A stretch of DNA of 64,000 nucleotides from an uncultured Candidatus Rokubacteria bacterium (GCA_963762145.1 CAVXJS010000009.1:640001-704000), one strand, 5' to 3'; shown: positions 41,534 to 53,660, numbered from the stretch's first letter. Program-made: numbers and translations. The notes: generated by a model from the sequence alone, not told the origin.

Positions 41534-42481
41534 ATGAAAGCCGTTCGACTCCGTAGAGAAGGCGGCCCGGAGCAGCTTGTGTACGAGGATGCACCCGAGC
41601 CTGAGTTAAGCGCAGGAGACGCCCTCATCCGCGTTCACGCCACGGGCATTACGCCTGCCGAGTTGACCTGGGCGGACACGTACAGGAATTGCGACGGGTC
41701 TGAGCGCCTGCCCGCGATTCCGGGACACGAGGTGTCGGGCGTCGTCGAGAGCGTGGCGCACGGCGTCAGCGACGTGTCGATCGGCGAGGAGGTCTATGCG
41801 CTCACCTCTTTCTGCCGAGATGGCGCCGCCGCCGCGGAGTGTGTCGCGGTCCACGCCGCCGACCTGGCGCCGAAGCCACAGACACTTGATCATGTGCAGG
41901 CGGCCGCCGTCCCGCTCTCAGCGCTCACGGTCTGGCAGGCGTTCTTCGATCACGCGCGACTTGCGTCGGGTCAGCGTGTGTTGATCCACGGCGCCGCCGG
42001 CGGGGTCGGCAGCTTTGCGGTTCAAATCGCGCACTGGCACGGAGCTTATACGGTCGGCACCGCATCTGCGGACAACCGCGACTTCCTGCTCGGCCTTGGG
42101 GCGAGTGAGGTCATTGATTATCAGCACGTTCAATTTGAACAGGCGGTGCGTGACATCGATGTCATTCTGGACACCATCGGCGGCGACACGCGCGAACGCT
42201 CCTGGCAGGTGCTAAAGCCGGGAGGAGTACTCGTCAGCTTGCCGGAGCCAATCCCTGAGGACGAAGCGGCGGCGCACGGCAAGCGCGGCAGGCGTGGAGT
42301 GTTTTTCATCGTCAAGCCCGATCGAGAACAGCTGGGCAACATCGCGACATTGATAGATTCCGGCCCAGTCCGCCCGGTGATCGCAGAGACAATCCCGCTG
42401 GCGAACGCCCGACAGGCATTTGAACGCGGGGTGGCCGGCCATACCCGAGGAAAGTTGGTGTTGGAGGTCGAGAAGCTATGA
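41534..42481 (+). CDS. NADP-dependent oxidoreductase (MDR/quinone-reductase family)
   Basis: PGHEVSG, VLIHGAAGGVG, GHTRGKLVL. Confidence 0.9.
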   Translation: MKAVRLRREGGPEQLVYEDAPEPELSAGDALIRVHATGITPAELTWADTYRNCDGSERLPAIPGHEVSGVVESVAHGVSDVSIGEEVYALTSFCRDGAAAAECVAVHAADLAPKPQTLDHVQAAAVPLSALTVWQAFFDHARLASGQRVLIHGAAGGVGSFAVQIAHWHGAYTVGTASADNRDFLLGLGASEVIDYQHVQFEQAVRDIDVILDTIGGDTRERSWQVLKPGGVLVSLPEPIPEDEAAAHGKRGRRGVFFIVKPDREQLGNIATLIDSGPVRPVIAETIPLANARQAFERGVAGHTRGKLVLEVEKL

Positions 42482-42731
42482 GCGTGTCATTCACAAGAAG
42501 TCAACAACTCGCTGGCGGAATAGCGGTGCTGGCGGTCGGCGCACTGTTGGCCGGAGCGACGTCCGGGGGAACGCCCGTACGGCAACGGACGATGTCAAGC
42601 TGATCCGCACCGAGAAGCTCGCGAACGTGCCCGGCCAGACGTTGATGAGCTCAGTTCACTCTCAAGATCTCGGGCCGCTATTGGACATTGGTCTGATCCG
42701 AAGCGTGACTCTCGAGCGTGGACGCCGCTCG

Positions 42732-42759
42732 TTGCGTGTTGTCAGGGCGCTGCTACAAT
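42732..42759 (+). promoter_or_regulatory. sigma70-type promoter for sucAB-lpdA
   Basis: TTGCGT-16 bp-TACAAT with extended TG. Confidence 0.55.
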
Positions 42760-42778
42760 ACGAGCGAACCCGCAGGCC

Positions 42779-45569
42779 ATGGACACCTTCGACTCCATCG
42801 CGCGCGCCAATCCGGAATACGTCGAGGCGCTGTACCGCCGGTACCGGGCGGACCCGCGTTCCGTGGACGAGAGCTGGGCGCTCGTCTTCGCAGGTTACGA
42901 CTTCGCCCTCGCGGGCGGCCCCGGCGCGAGCGCGACCGGGAGGACGTCACCGCCGGTGGCCGATCTCGTCCACTCCTACCGCGAGCTGGGCCATCTGATC
43001 GCCGACGTGAATCCGCTCGATCGCTCGCCCCGCCGTCATCCGCTCCTCGAGCTCGGCGAGTTTGGCTTCGAGGAAGCGAACCTGGATCGTGTTGTCGACT
43101 GCTCACCCTTCCGAAGCCTCGGGTCGGCGCCGCTGCGCGACCTCGCGACCGCGCTCCGTGAGACCTACGGTGGGACGCTCGGCGTCGAGTACTTGATGAT
43201 CAGCGACAAGGCCCAGCGGGAGTGGCTCCAGGAGCGAATGGAGCCGGCTCGCAACCGCCCCGCGCTCGGATCGGAGGATCGGGTCGGCTTGCTCGAACGG
43301 CTCATCGCGGCGGAGACCTTCGAGCAGTTCCTCCACACGAGCTACGTGGGCCAGAAGCGCTTCTCCCTGGAAGGCGGCGAGGCGCTGATCCCGCTCCTCG
43401 ACACCATCGTCGAGGAGGCGGCGGCGCAGGCGACCGAGGAGCTCGTGATGGGCATGCCTCACCGCGGGCGGCTGAACGTCCTCGCGCACGTCCTCCGGAA
43501 GCCCTACGAGCTGATCCTAGCCGAGTTCGAGGGTAGCTTCCTGCCGTGGGAGACCCAGGGCGACGGAGACGTCAAGTACCACCTGGGCTACTCGCACGAT
43601 CACGTGAGCCGTGCCGGCCGGCCCATCCACCTCTCGATGAGCTCCAATCCGAGCCACCTCGAGGCGGTCAACGCGGTGGTGGAGGGCATCGTCCGGGCCA
43701 AGCAGAGCCATCGCGGAGCCGACCAGGCGCGTCACGTCATGCCGGTGCTAATGCACGGCGACGCCGCGTTCCTGGGGCAGGGCTCGGTCTACGAGACCCT
43801 GATGATGTCGCGCCTGCCGGGCTTCGCCACCGGCGGCACGATCCACGTCATCGTCAACAACCAGATCGGCTTCACAACGTCCCCCGAGGACTACCGGCCC
43901 ACCCGTTACCCGTCCGATCCCGCCGCCGTCGTGCAGGCTCCGGTGTTCCACGTCAATGGCGACGACCCCGAGGCGGCCGTGCAGGCGGCGCGGCTCGCGG
44001 TCGGCTTCCGCCAGACCTTCCAGACGGATGTCTTCATCGACTTCGTCTGCTACCGCCGGCACGGCCACAACGAGCTCGACGATCCGACCTTCACTCAGCC
44101 CGTGATGTATCGCGCCATCGATGGCCACCCGTCGGTGGCGAAGCTCTATCGCGAGCGGCTCACCGCGGAGGGCATCGTCGAGCCCGGGCACGCCGAGCAG
44201 GCCCGGGAGGCGGTCAAGAGCAAGCTCCAGGCGGCCCTCGCCGCGGCGCGCGAGCGCATGCCTCAGCAGAAGGTGCTCGCCTTCGGCGGCCTCTGGAAGG
44301 GACTTTCGTGGGCGGGCGAGGACTGGAGCGCGGCCACCGCGGTGCCGGCCGAGCGCCTGCGCGCGATCGCCGACGCGACCCGGCGGCTGCCGCCCGGGTT
44401 CACGCCGCACAAGCGAATCCCGGCACTCCTCGAGGCGCGCCACGCGATGGTCGAGCGGGGCGACGGCATCGACTGGGGCTGCGCTGAGGCGCTGGCCTAC
44501 GGCAGCCTCCTCCTCGAAGGCGCTCCGGTACGGCTCAGCGGGCAGGACACCATCCGCGGCACGTTCAGTCATCGCCACGCCATGCTCTTCGACGCCGAGA
44601 CCGGCGCGTCGTACGTGCCGCTCAACCATCTGGGCGGCGATCAGGCGCGGATCGAAGTCGTCAACAGCCCGCTGAGCGAGTTCGGGGTGGTCGGGTTCGA
44701 GTACGGCATGGCCAGCGCCGATCCGCGGCGGCTGGTCATCTGGGAAGCGCAGTTCGGCGACTTCTTCAACGGGGCCCAGGTGATCATCGACCAGTTCCTC
44801 GCCAGCGCCGAGTCCAAGTGGCAGCGTCAGAGCGGCCTCGTCCTGCTCCTTCCCCACGGCTACGAGGGCCAGGGACCGGAGCACTCCAGCGCGCGCCCCG
44901 AGCGGTTCCTTCAGCTCTGCGCGGAGGGCAACATGCAGGTCGTCAACTGCTCGACGCCGGCGCCAGCTCTTCCACGCGCTCCGGCGCCAGATGCACCGGC
45001 CCTTCCGTAAGCCGCTGATCGTGATGAGCCCGAAGAGCCTGCTCCGCCACCGACGGGCCGTCTCGCGCCTGGACGACTTCGCGACCGGAGCGTTCCAGCC
45101 CGTGCTGGGCGATCCGCGCCCGCAGGAGCCTGAGGCGGTCCGACGCGTGCTCCTCTGCTCCGGCAAGATCTTCTACGGCCTCGACCAGGGCCGAGAGGAG
45201 CGCGACTGGGACGGGATCGCGATCATCCGGCTCGAGCAGCTCTACCCGTTCCCGGCCGCGGAGCTCACTGAGGCGCTCCGCCACTATCCGCGCGCCACCG
45301 ACTTCGCCTGGGTGCAGGAGGAGCCGGCCAACCAGGGCGCGTGGAGCTTCGTGCGAGGGCGGATCGAGCCGCTGCTCGACGGGCGCCGACTCCGATACAT
45401 CGGCCGCGCCGAGGCCGCGAGTCCCGCTACCGGCAGCCACAAGATCCACGAGTCGGAAGAGCAGGCGCTCGTCGAGCAGGCCCTCAAGCGGCCACGGGCC
45501 GGCCGCGCGTCACGCGCCGCTGAGCCGCCGCCGGTGCCGTCCGACATGACGCGCGGATCGCGGCCATGA
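42779..45569 (+). CDS. sucA: 2-oxoglutarate dehydrogenase E1, one extra base at ~44963
   Basis: [55 protein letters not shown]; removing one C restores [12 protein letters not shown]. Confidence 0.95.
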
Positions 45570-46852
45570 CCGTCGAGGTGCGAATCCCGCAGCTCGGTGA
45601 GTCGGTGACGGAGGGCACGATCGCCCGCTGGCTCAAACAGGAAGGGGACGTGGTGAACGCCGAGGAGCCGGTGCTCGAGCTCGAGACCGACAAGGCGACG
45701 ATGGAGATCCCCGCCGGAGCCTCGGGACAGCTCTCGATCGTCGAGCCGCAGGGCGCGGTGGTACACGTGGGCACGGTGGTCGCGCGCATCACCGAAGGAA
45801 AGCCAACGGCGGCCGGCGCGGTCAGGACGGCACCTCCGACCGCCCCGGCCTCACCGAGTCGGCCGAGCACGCAGACCGCCACGAACGCGGCGGCCGACCC
45901 GGCGTTGAGCCCGGCGGTGCGCAAGCTTGTGGCCGAGCATGCCCTCGACCCGGCCCAGCTTAGCGGAAGTGGGAAGGGCGGCCGACTGACCAAGGACGAT
46001 GTGCTCCGTCATCTCGAGCAGCCGGCTCCCGCTCCGGCCGCGCCCGTCCCGCGTCCGACCGAGCCGCAGGCCGCGGACGAAGCCCGGCCGCCAATGGAAC
46101 CGCCTGCGCCGGCGCCTGCCACGCCACCCGCAGCACCGCGCCCGCCCGAGGCCGAGACGCCGGAGCGCGTGCCGATGAGCCGGCTGCGGCGGCGGATCGC
46201 CGAGCGGCTCGTGGAGGCGCAACGGACCGCGGCGATCCTCACCACGTTCAACGAGGTGGATCTGTCGGCCCTCCTGGCCGCCCGCCGGCGCCACCGCGAG
46301 GCGTTCCGCGAGCGGCATGGCGTGGATCTGGGGCTGATGTCCCTCTTCGGCCGCGCCTGCATCGGGGCGCTCCGCGACGTGCCTGTTGTCAACGCCCAGA
46401 TCGACGGGACCGACATCGTCTACCATCGCCAGGTGCATCTCGGCATCGCGGTGAGCACCGAGCGGGGGCTCGTAGTGCCGGTGATCCGGGGCGCGGACTC
46501 GCTCGGCCTGCCCGACCTGGAGCGCCGGATCGAGGAGTTGGCCCGGCGGGCCCGCGAGGGCAAGATCACGCCGGACGAGCTCTCGGGCGGCACCTTCACC
46601 ATCACCAACGGCGGTGTCTTCGGCTCGCTGCTCTCAACCCCGATCCTCAATCCGCCGCAGTCCGGGATCCTCGGGATGCACAAGATCGAGGATCGGCCGG
46701 TGGCGGTGGACGGGCAGGTCGTGATCCGCCCCATGATGTACCTCGCGCTGTCCTATGATCACCGTCTGGTGGACGGCGCCCAGGCCGTGACCTTCCTGGT
46801 CCGGGTCAAGGAACGCCTCGAGGACCCGGTGCGCATGCTCCTCGAGGTATGA
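45566..46852 (+). CDS. sucB: dihydrolipoamide succinyltransferase E2
   Basis: Lipoyl [32 protein letters not shown]. Confidence 0.95.
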   Translation: MTVEVRIPQLGESVTEGTIARWLKQEGDVVNAEEPVLELETDKATMEIPAGASGQLSIVEPQGAVVHVGTVVARITEGKPTAAGAVRTAPPTAPASPSRPSTQTATNAAADPALSPAVRKLVAEHALDPAQLSGSGKGGRLTKDDVLRHLEQPAPAPAAPVPRPTEPQAADEARPPMEPPAPAPATPPAAPRPPEAETPERVPMSRLRRRIAERLVEAQRTAAILTTFNEVDLSALLAARRRHREAFRERHGVDLGLMSLFGRACIGALRDVPVVNAQIDGTDIVYHRQVHLGIAVSTERGLVVPVIRGADSLGLPDLERRIEELARRAREGKITPDELSGGTFTITNGGVFGSLLSTPILNPPQSGILGMHKIEDRPVAVDGQVVIRPMMYLALSYDHRLVDGAQAVTFLVRVKERLEDPVRMLLEV

Positions 46853-48258
46853 GCGCGGTGGCCGAGGCGGAGCGCTACGACCTCGCGGTCATCGGGGCGG
46901 GCCCGGGCGGCTACGTGGCCGCCATCCGGGCGGCCCAGCTCGGCATGCGCGTGGTCTGCGTGGACCGCGAGGCGGCGCTCGGCGGCACCTGCCTGCGCAT
47001 CGGCTGCATCCCGTCCAAGGCCCTGCTCGACTCCAGCGAGCTCCTCTGGCAGGCGCGCACCCGTCTGGCCACCCACGGTGTCTCTGTGGGTGAGGTCTCG
47101 CTCGATCTCCCCACGATGATGCGCCGAAAAGAGCAGGTGGTGCAGGGGCTCACCACCGGGGTCGCCGGCCTCTTCAAGAAGAACCGGATCACGCGGCGTC
47201 ACGGCAGCGCGCGGATCGCCACGCCGGACCGCGTCGCGATCGAGGGCCCGGATGCGGGCACCGTGCTCGCCGCGCGCATCCTCATCGCCACCGGCTCGGG
47301 TCCGGCCACGCTGCCCGGCTTCGAGCCCGACGGGACCCGGATCGTCAGCTCCGAGGAGGCCCTGTCGTTCGACGCGGTGCCCGCACGCCTCCTGGTGATC
47401 GGCGCCGGGGCGGTCGGACTCGAGCTGGGCTCGGTCTGGGCGCGCCTGGGCTCCGAGGTCCGGGTCGTCGAGATCGCCGACCGCATCGTCCCGGGCATGG
47501 ACGGCGAGCTGACGCGCGCGCTGCAGCGCGCGCTCGAGAGACAGGGGCTCTCGTTCCGGCTCTCGACGGCGGCCCGCAAGGCGGTGGTCAAGGAGACCGC
47601 GGTGGACGTGACGATCGAGACGGACGGAACCGCGGTCACCGAAACCTTCGATCGCGTGCTCGTGGCGGTCGGCCGGCGCCCCGTCACGGCCGGCCTGGGG
47701 CTAGACAAGCTCGGCGTGGCGCTCGACCCGAAGGGCCACATCCGGGTCGACGAGCGCTTCGAGACCTCCGTCCCGGGCATCCACGCCATCGGTGACGTGA
47801 TCGGCGGGCCCATGCTGGCGCACAAAGCCGAAGAAGAAGGGATCGCCTGCGTGGAGCGCATCGCCGGCCAGGCCGGTCACGTGAACTACGAGGCGATCCC
47901 CAACGTGGTCTACACGTGGCCGGAGCTGGCCAGCGTGGGGAAGACCGAGCAGGAGTGCCGGGCGCAGGGCCTCGAGATCACGACTGGCACTTCCCTCTTC
48001 GCGGCCAACGGCCGGGCTCGCGCAATGGGCGAGCGGGACGGCCTCGTCAAGATAGTCGCCGACGGCCGGAGCGACCGGATCCTCGGGCTCCACATCCTGG
48101 GGCCCCACGCCTCCGAGCTGATCGCGGAGGCCGTCCTCGCGATCGAGTTCGGCGCCAGCGCCGAGGACATCGCCCGCACCTCCCACGCTCACCCGACGCT
48201 GGCCGAGGCGGTCCGCGAAGCCGCGCTCGCGGTGGCGAAGCGGAGCATCCATTCCTAG
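46849..48258 (+). CDS. lpdA: dihydrolipoyl dehydrogenase E3
   Basis: [28 protein letters not shown]. Confidence 0.96.
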   Translation: MSAVAEAERYDLAVIGAGPGGYVAAIRAAQLGMRVVCVDREAALGGTCLRIGCIPSKALLDSSELLWQARTRLATHGVSVGEVSLDLPTMMRRKEQVVQGLTTGVAGLFKKNRITRRHGSARIATPDRVAIEGPDAGTVLAARILIATGSGPATLPGFEPDGTRIVSSEEALSFDAVPARLLVIGAGAVGLELGSVWARLGSEVRVVEIADRIVPGMDGELTRALQRALERQGLSFRLSTAARKAVVKETAVDVTIETDGTAVTETFDRVLVAVGRRPVTAGLGLDKLGVALDPKGHIRVDERFETSVPGIHAIGDVIGGPMLAHKAEEEGIACVERIAGQAGHVNYEAIPNVVYTWPELASVGKTEQECRAQGLEITTGTSLFAANGRARAMGERDGLVKIVADGRSDRILGLHILGPHASELIAEAVLAIEFGASAEDIARTSHAHPTLAEAVREAALAVAKRSIHS

Positions 48259-48268
48259 CGGCCATCCG

Positions 48269-48874
48269 CTCCTGCTGACCCTCGATCTCGTCGGGACCTT
48301 CGTGTTCGCGCTCAGCGGCGGCGCGGCGGCGGTCAAGGGCCGGCTCGATCTGTTCGGCGTGCTCGTCCTGTCCTTCGCCGCCGCCAACGCGGGTGGTCTC
48401 ACCCGCGACCTGCTGATCGGCGCCGTCCCGCCGGCCGCGATCAGCGACTGGCGCTATCTCGGAGTCTCCCTCCTCGCCGGCCTGGTGACCTTCTTCTGGT
48501 ATCCCCTGCTCGACCGCCTGCGCAACCCCGTGCTGGTGTTCGACGGCGCGGGTCTGGCGCTCTTCGCCGTCTCCGGCACGCAGAAGGCGCTCGCCTATGG
48601 GCTCGAGCCAGTCATGGCGGCGCTGCTCGGCATGCTCACCGGGATCGGCGGCGGGATGGTGCGCGACCTGCTCGTCACCCAGATCCCCACCGTCTTGCAC
48701 GCCGAGCTGTACGCGGTGGCCGCGCTCGCCGGCGCGGCCGTGGTGGTGGCCGGCCACGTGCTACACCTGCCGCCGACCGCAGTGACCATCGCGGGCGCGT
48801 TGCTCTGCTTCGGGCTCCGCCTCCTCGCCATATCGCGCGGCTGGCGCCTGCCGATCGCTCGGCTGCCGCAATGA
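48269..48874 (+). CDS. trimeric intracellular cation channel (TRIC/UPF0126) family protein; native start codon apparently lost
   Basis: LDLVGTFVFALSG, GGLTRDLLIG, GGGMVRDLL, ELYA. Confidence 0.85.
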   Translation, partial: LLLTLDLVGTFVFALSGGAAAVKGRLDLFGVLVLSFAAANAGGLTRDLLIGAVPPAAISDWRYLGVSLLAGLVTFFWYPLLDRLRNPVLVFDGAGLALFAVSGTQKALAYGLEPVMAALLGMLTGIGGGMVRDLLVTQIPTVLHAELYAVAALAGAAVVVAGHVLHLPPTAVTIAGALLCFGLRLLAISRGWRLPIARLPQ

Positions 48875-49132
48875 CTCGATGCCGGCCGACCCGCGTTCCG
48901 GACGGCGCCGGGATGCGGGGCCTCGGTACCCGACCGTGAACCGGCGTCGGCTGTGGGTCGGGCACTCCAGCTTGTCGACCCTCGCGATGGCGAAGTCCTG
49001 AGGCGCGGGCGCGACGCTCGCCCGGAGGCGCGAGGGGTGGAGTAGAGTGTGGGCCATGAAAAGGGCGCCGGATCGTCTTCGCGCGATGAAACGCTCGGAC
49101 GTTGCTCGACCAGTCGTGACCAGGAGACAATC

Positions 49133-51202
49133 GTGAGCCCGACGGGACAGCAGACAGGACCCAAGAGCAATCCCGTGCCCCCCCCCACCCGGCCTGGAGC
49201 CACGAAGGGCCCCCCGCCCGCAAAGATGCCGCCGCGCAAGATGTGGCTGTGGTTCCTGCTGGTCCTGGTTGCGAACTTCTTGCTGGTGAGGCTGATGGCA
49301 CCCGGCGCGGAAGCACCGGTCACCGTGCCCTATACCTTGTTCAAGGAGGAGGTCAGGAAGGGCAACGTCCAGTCGATCTACAGCCGGAGCGACACCATCA
49401 CGGGCCGGTTCAAGGCGCCCGTCACCTACCCGCCGGCGGGCGACAAGAGTGCGGCACCGAAGGCCGAGCCCCAGTCGACGGCCGACCGCGCAGCGGCGCC
49501 CGCCAGCCCGCCCAAACCGGCGAGCTCCTTCGCGACCACGCTGCCCTCCTTCGTGGACCCCGGTCTGGAAGCCTTCCTGATCGATCACGGGGTCGAGATC
49601 AGCGCCAAGCCAATCGAGGAAGGCGGCAGCTCCTGGTCGACGCTCCTGTTCGGATTCGGTCCGGCCCTGCTCTTCATCGGCTTCTACTTCTGGATGTTCC
49701 GGCGGGCCCAGCAGGGCGGCGGCATGGGCGGCGGGCTCATGGGTATCGGCAAGAGCAAGGCGCGTCGCTACGACCAGGAGCAGGACACGAAGGTCACCTT
49801 CGACGACGTCGCCGGCATCGACGAGGCCGAGAACGAGCTGATCGAGATCGTGGACTTCCTCAAGGACCCTCCGAAGTACACCCGCCTGGGCGGGACCGCT
49901 CCGAAAGGCGTGCTGCTGGTCGGCGCGCCCGGAACCGGGAAGACCTTGCTGGCGAAGGCGGTCGCGGGCGAGGCGGGAGTGCCGTTCTTCTCGATGAGCG
50001 GCTCGGAGTTCGTGGAGATGATCGTGGGAGTGGGAGCCGCCCGGGTCCGCGATCTCTTCAAGCAGGCGCGCGAGCACGCGCCGGCGATCATCTTCATCGA
50101 CGAGCTCGATGCCATCGGGCGCGCGCGCGGCCAGGTCGTGATCGGCGGCTCGAGCGAGCAGGAGCAGACGCTCAACCAGATCCTCACCGAGATGGACGGC
50201 TTCTCCAGCCGCGAGGGTATCATCGTGCTGGCCGCGACCAATCAGCCCGACGTGCTCGACAAGGCGCTCCTGCGGCCCGGACGCTTCGACCGACGCGTGG
50301 TGGTGAACCTGCCGGACAAGACCGGGCGCGAGGCGATCCTCAAGGTTCATACGCGCCAGGTACCCCTCGCGAGCGACGTGAGCCTGGGAGACCTCGCCGC
50401 CACGACGCCGGGATTCTCGGGGGCCGACCTGCGGAACCTCGTCAACGAGGCGGCGCTGCTGGCGGCGCGGCGCGGGCAGAACGAGGTCCATCACAAGGAC
50501 TTCCTGGACTCGCTGGAGAAGATCGTGCTCGGGCCGGAGCGGCCGCTCCTGCTGAGCCGCGCCGACAAGGAGCGCATCGCCTACCACGAGGGCGGACACA
50601 CCATCCTGGGCCTGGTGGTGCCGGGCGCGGATCCGGTGAACCGGGTGACGATCGTGCCGCGCGGGCAGGCCCTCGGGGTGACGTATCAGCGCCCCGACAG
50701 CGACCGCTACAACTATCCGGAGGCCTACCTGCGGGGGCGGATCGTCGGAGCACTGGGCGGCCGGGCGGCCGAGGAGATCGTCTACGGTACCAAGACGACC
50801 GGGGCCGAGAGCGACATCGAGCAGGCCACCTCCCTGGCCCGGCGGATGGTCACGCGCTGGGGCATGAGCGAGCGAGTCGGGCTGGTGCAGCTCGCGCCGC
50901 GGGAGAATCCCTATCTGGGTGGCTCGGGGGGGTACACCGGCGAGAAGCCGTTCAGCGAGGCGACGGCCGAGGCCATCGATGCCGAGGTGCTCAAGATAAT
51001 CAACGAGAGCCACGAGGAGGCCAGGCGCCTCCTGACCGCGCACCGCAAGCAGCTCGACGCGCTCGCGGAAGCCCTGGTGGCGCGGGAGACCCTCAACGAG
51101 CAGGAGATACTCGAGGTCACGGGGCTTCCGCCTGCCCCGCCGCTGGACACCGCGATGCGGCCCGTCGCCGGCGGCGGAAGTCACAACTCGGGGGGCGCGT
51201 GA
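49133..51202 (+). CDS. ftsH: ATP-dependent zinc metalloprotease FtsH
   Basis: Two TM helices, [29 protein letters not shown]; AGGAG RBS before GTG. Confidence 0.96.
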   Translation: MSPTGQQTGPKSNPVPPPTRPGATKGPPPAKMPPRKMWLWFLLVLVANFLLVRLMAPGAEAPVTVPYTLFKEEVRKGNVQSIYSRSDTITGRFKAPVTYPPAGDKSAAPKAEPQSTADRAAAPASPPKPASSFATTLPSFVDPGLEAFLIDHGVEISAKPIEEGGSSWSTLLFGFGPALLFIGFYFWMFRRAQQGGGMGGGLMGIGKSKARRYDQEQDTKVTFDDVAGIDEAENELIEIVDFLKDPPKYTRLGGTAPKGVLLVGAPGTGKTLLAKAVAGEAGVPFFSMSGSEFVEMIVGVGAARVRDLFKQAREHAPAIIFIDELDAIGRARGQVVIGGSSEQEQTLNQILTEMDGFSSREGIIVLAATNQPDVLDKALLRPGRFDRRVVVNLPDKTGREAILKVHTRQVPLASDVSLGDLAATTPGFSGADLRNLVNEAALLAARRGQNEVHHKDFLDSLEKIVLGPERPLLLSRADKERIAYHEGGHTILGLVVPGADPVNRVTIVPRGQALGVTYQRPDSDRYNYPEAYLRGRIVGALGGRAAEEIVYGTKTTGAESDIEQATSLARRMVTRWGMSERVGLVQLAPRENPYLGGSGGYTGEKPFSEATAEAIDAEVLKIINESHEEARRLLTAHRKQLDALAEALVARETLNEQEILEVTGLPPAPPLDTAMRPVAGGGSHNSGGA

Positions 51203-51341
51203 AGGGGCGCTGAACGGGACGTCGTGAGCCCCCTGCCGCTAGTCCCTGGTCCTCCGCTAGTTCGGCTGCTCGCGTCCGAAGGCTGCGCTAGCTCGGCGGC
51301 AGGGTGCTGGGCGCTCGGCCTTACCACGGTTCGGTGAATTG

Positions 51342-51593
51342 TCACTGAGTCCTCGCTTTCTGATACCGCTGTGCGTACTCAGCGCGCCGGGCGGCCTCTT
51401 GCAATTCCTGGTATGCGCGGCTTTCGGCTCTCTCCCGCTCTTTCTTGTAGGACTTATGGTCCGCGCCCAGTGAGGTGTGGACGGGCGTGGGCCTCGCGAC
51501 CACGAGGATGACTGCAACCACCACCACTACCCCGAGGCCCATCATCAGTGAGCGAATCTCTCCCGGATTAGGAATTTTCAACTGGAGGATCAT
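51342..51593 (-). CDS. small single-TM hypothetical protein
   Basis: TM segment followed by a charged helix. Confidence 0.5.
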   Translation of the reverse strand: MILQLKIPNPGEIRSLMMGLGVVVVVAVILVVARPTPVHTSLGADHKSYKKERERAESRAYQELQEAARRAEYAQRYQKARTQ

Positions 51594-51707
51594 GCGGAGA
51601 CCTTCACGATCGATCGTCGTCGTCCATGTCTTCGACGAATGAGAACGTTACGCTGAAGAGGTCAATCGACGGTCCGCGTTGGGACTGTTGCTCCGGCGTG
51701 AGTATCT

Positions 51708-52031
51708 TCACGCCGTCTTCCGGCGAGCAAGAGATTCCTCCCGCCAGGGCTTGTAACACGTCTCGTGCGCGTGAAAGAACACCCCGGCGCCTTCCACTTC
51801 GCGCTCGACGTCGGCCGGCTCGATCGGGCTCCGGCAGACGACGCACGGTCGGCCCGTCCCCCGATGGGACTTGGAGATCCCCTGAACGGGAGGTAACCGG
51901 CCGTCCGACAACTGGGCCTCTATGCGCTGCCTCAACGCATCGTCGGAAACGCAGGCCGCTCGCCACTGAGCGGCCGCCAGGTTTTGCTCGCGGACAATGT
52001 ATCCGTCAAGCATCCGGGCTTGGCCGCTCAT
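51708..52031 (-). CDS. small CxxC..HxxC putative zinc-finger protein (copy 1)
   Basis: LSDGRLP..CVVC..HETCYKPWREES; ATGA overlap with copy 2. Confidence 0.65.
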   Translation of the reverse strand: MSGQARMLDGYIVREQNLAAAQWRAACVSDDALRQRIEAQLSDGRLPPVQGISKSHRGTGRPCVVCRSPIEPADVEREVEGAGVFFHAHETCYKPWREESLARRKTA

Positions 52032-52276
52032 GTTCGCCCCGGGGCGCAGCGCTCCTCGTCCCATAGGTGGAAGCACGCCACGTGAAACTGAATCCCTTTG
52101 CCACCCGTCGTGCTGACCCCTTCCATGACAAACTGCGCCTTGCTGATGAGGTCCTCACAGGCGTCACACGTTTCACCGGCACCAGCACCGCCCCAAACGC
52201 GGGGGATACTGTTTTGCGGCAGGCGACCGTCGGCGAGCTTGCTTTGGATCAGGAGACGAAGGGCGGTCTGCTCCAT
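52028..52276 (-). CDS. small CxxC..HxxC putative zinc-finger protein (copy 2)
   Basis: AAGGAG RBS; LADGRLP..CDAC..FHVACFHLWDEER. Confidence 0.75.
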   Translation of the reverse strand: MEQTALRLLIQSKLADGRLPQNSIPRVWGGAGAGETCDACEDLISKAQFVMEGVSTTGGKGIQFHVACFHLWDEERCAPGRT

Positions 52277-52410
52277 GAAGGACTCCTTGGGTGCGGCTCC
52301 GGCGCCGGACTAGGCGAGCCAGATTCACCAGGGTCTTGGCGCAACCGCCGCCAACCCAAGAAGGCCGAGGTGCAGGCCTATTGATTCTGTCGCGTTCGGC
52401 CCGCAGCCGC

Positions 52411-52432
52411 CTATTGGACGTTGGTCCAATGG
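52411..52432. promoter_or_regulatory. palindromic operator (TGGACCWWGGTCCA family)
   Basis: CTATTGGACGTTGGTCCAATGG; -10-like CAGAAT at 52384-52389 (-). Confidence 0.75.
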
Positions 52433-52510
52433 CCGCTTCGCGACAGGTTGGCCACCGCTTAGGGCAAAGCTACTAACTCGCCCCCCAGAACGTGCCCCCG
52501 CTGGCTCGCA

Positions 52511-52747
52511 TCATGACTCCTGCGCTTGAAGTCTTGCGGCGTCCTCTCGCCAGAGAGTGAAGCACGCCTGATGGAAGACCCCGCGCCGGGACTCGACCTC
52601 CACCTCGACCTCGGTGTCCGGGGGGCGGATGACCACGTGGCATACAGCACAATGTCCGCCTCGTCCCCGCCCGACCCGGCCTCCCGTAATGGACTTCGGC
52701 GACGCGCTTTGAATCCTTGCCGTAACGGATTGATCGAGAGTGCTCAT
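52511..52747 (-). CDS. small CxxC..HxxC putative zinc-finger protein (copy 3)
   Basis: GGGAGG RBS; CAVC..FHQACFTLWRED. Confidence 0.7.
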   Translation of the reverse strand: MSTLDQSVTARIQSASPKSITGGRVGRGRGGHCAVCHVVIRPPDTEVEVEVESRRGVFHQACFTLWREDAARLQAQES

Positions 52748-52796
52748 CGGCTCCCTCCCACTGGCGTGATGGCCGGCGCCCGAAACCCGCTTCGGG

Positions 52797-53087
52797 TCAT
52801 GCTTCTCTGGGGACTGCCGCCGGGCGAATCGCTTCCTCTCCAGCCTGGAGAGCCTCGGTGACATGCTGCTTCGTGTCCTGCAAGAAATCGTCGGCCCGAC
52901 GCAGGGCATCCCCGCTGCGGTCCAGCACTCTTGCCGCTGTCTCCTCGACCGCCCGGACGCTTTCCGCGGCCTTCGTGCGCACCCCTCGCGTCCTCTCCTG
53001 CACGTACTCCTCCAGCTCCTGCCCCCACAGCCAGACGACGGCCGCCCCCATGATCGCTCCCAGAACAAAGACCTCACTGCTTCGCAT
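52797..53087 (-). CDS. YtxH-like membrane-anchored helical stress protein
   Basis: GAGGAGG RBS; FVLGAIMGAAVVWLW followed by amphipathic helices. Confidence 0.7.
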   Translation of the reverse strand: MRSSEVFVLGAIMGAAVVWLWGQELEEYVQERTRGVRTKAAESVRAVEETAARVLDRSGDALRRADDFLQDTKQHVTEALQAGEEAIRPAAVPREA

Positions 53088-53164
53088 CGTGGTCCTCCTC
53101 GTTTGCGAATAACAATCCCGTGACGGACTTCATGCTCGACGCCCCGGCTGCAACTTTGGGGCCG

Positions 53165-53314
53165 TCAGATGGATCGGCGGCCCGCAATGAACTGGAACAC
53201 GACGACAATGACAGCGATCACCAACAGGAGATGAACCATCCCGCCGCCCGTGTAGGAGCTGCCCATGCCGAGCGCCCACAGTACTAACAGAATCACTGCA
53301 ACCGTCCACAGCAT
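53165..53314 (-). CDS. lmo0937/DUF5670 family small membrane protein
   Basis: AAGGAGG RBS; MLWTVAVILLVLWALG..GGMVHLLLVIAVIVV..GRR. Confidence 0.85.
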   Translation of the reverse strand: MLWTVAVILLVLWALGMGSSYTGGGMVHLLLVIAVIVVVFQFIAGRRSI

Positions 53315-53402
53315 GATCCCCTCCTTACTGCGTCCCTGACACCGGCCCCCTCGCCCGAAGCGATTCGAGGGGCCGGTCAGGAAGCCGAAACCGCGCGAGC
53401 CG

Positions 53403-53489
53403 TTAACGGCGCCAGCGAGAGTATCCCCACCCCCCACCACCGAGGAGGAACAACACGACGAGAACGATCAGTATCGTCTCCGTGGACAT
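53403..53489 (-). CDS. 28-aa membrane peptide MSTETILIVLVVLFLLGGGGWGYSRWRR (DUF3309-like)
   Basis: GGAGG RBS; below the ORF-track cutoff; translated by hand. Confidence 0.75.
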   Translation of the reverse strand: MSTETILIVLVVLFLLGGGGWGYSRWRR

Positions 53490-53572
53490 GATTCATCACC
53501 TCCCACTACTGCGTTGCGACTGCTACGACGGGCGTCATCGCCCATTAGTCTAGTCGCGACCATTTGCGGCGC

Positions 53573-53593
53573 CTATTGGACCTAGGTCCACTA
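53573..53593. promoter_or_regulatory. palindromic operator
   Basis: CTATTGGACCTAGGTCCACTA; TAGACT -10 at 53547-53552 (-). Confidence 0.8.
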
Positions 53594-53660
53594 CGGAATC
53601 GAGATGCAGCCCACTAGAGTACAAGCAACCAGTGATCGGCTCGGATGAGGGGTGTCCATT

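Noticed and set aside
42590-42650. KLIRTEKLANVPGQTL cupin-like snippet
   Set aside because: Too short to annotate with confidence; at most another gene scrap.
42678-42697. CTATTGGACATTGGTCTGAT upstream of sucA as a seventh regulon site
   Set aside because: The right arm is degenerate and no -10 lies at the 36.5-37.5 bp spacing; left out of the count, though it may be a remnant.
44955-44970. sucA frameshift as programmed recoding
   Set aside because: A single extra C with no slippery motif; most likely a sequencing error or a recent indel.
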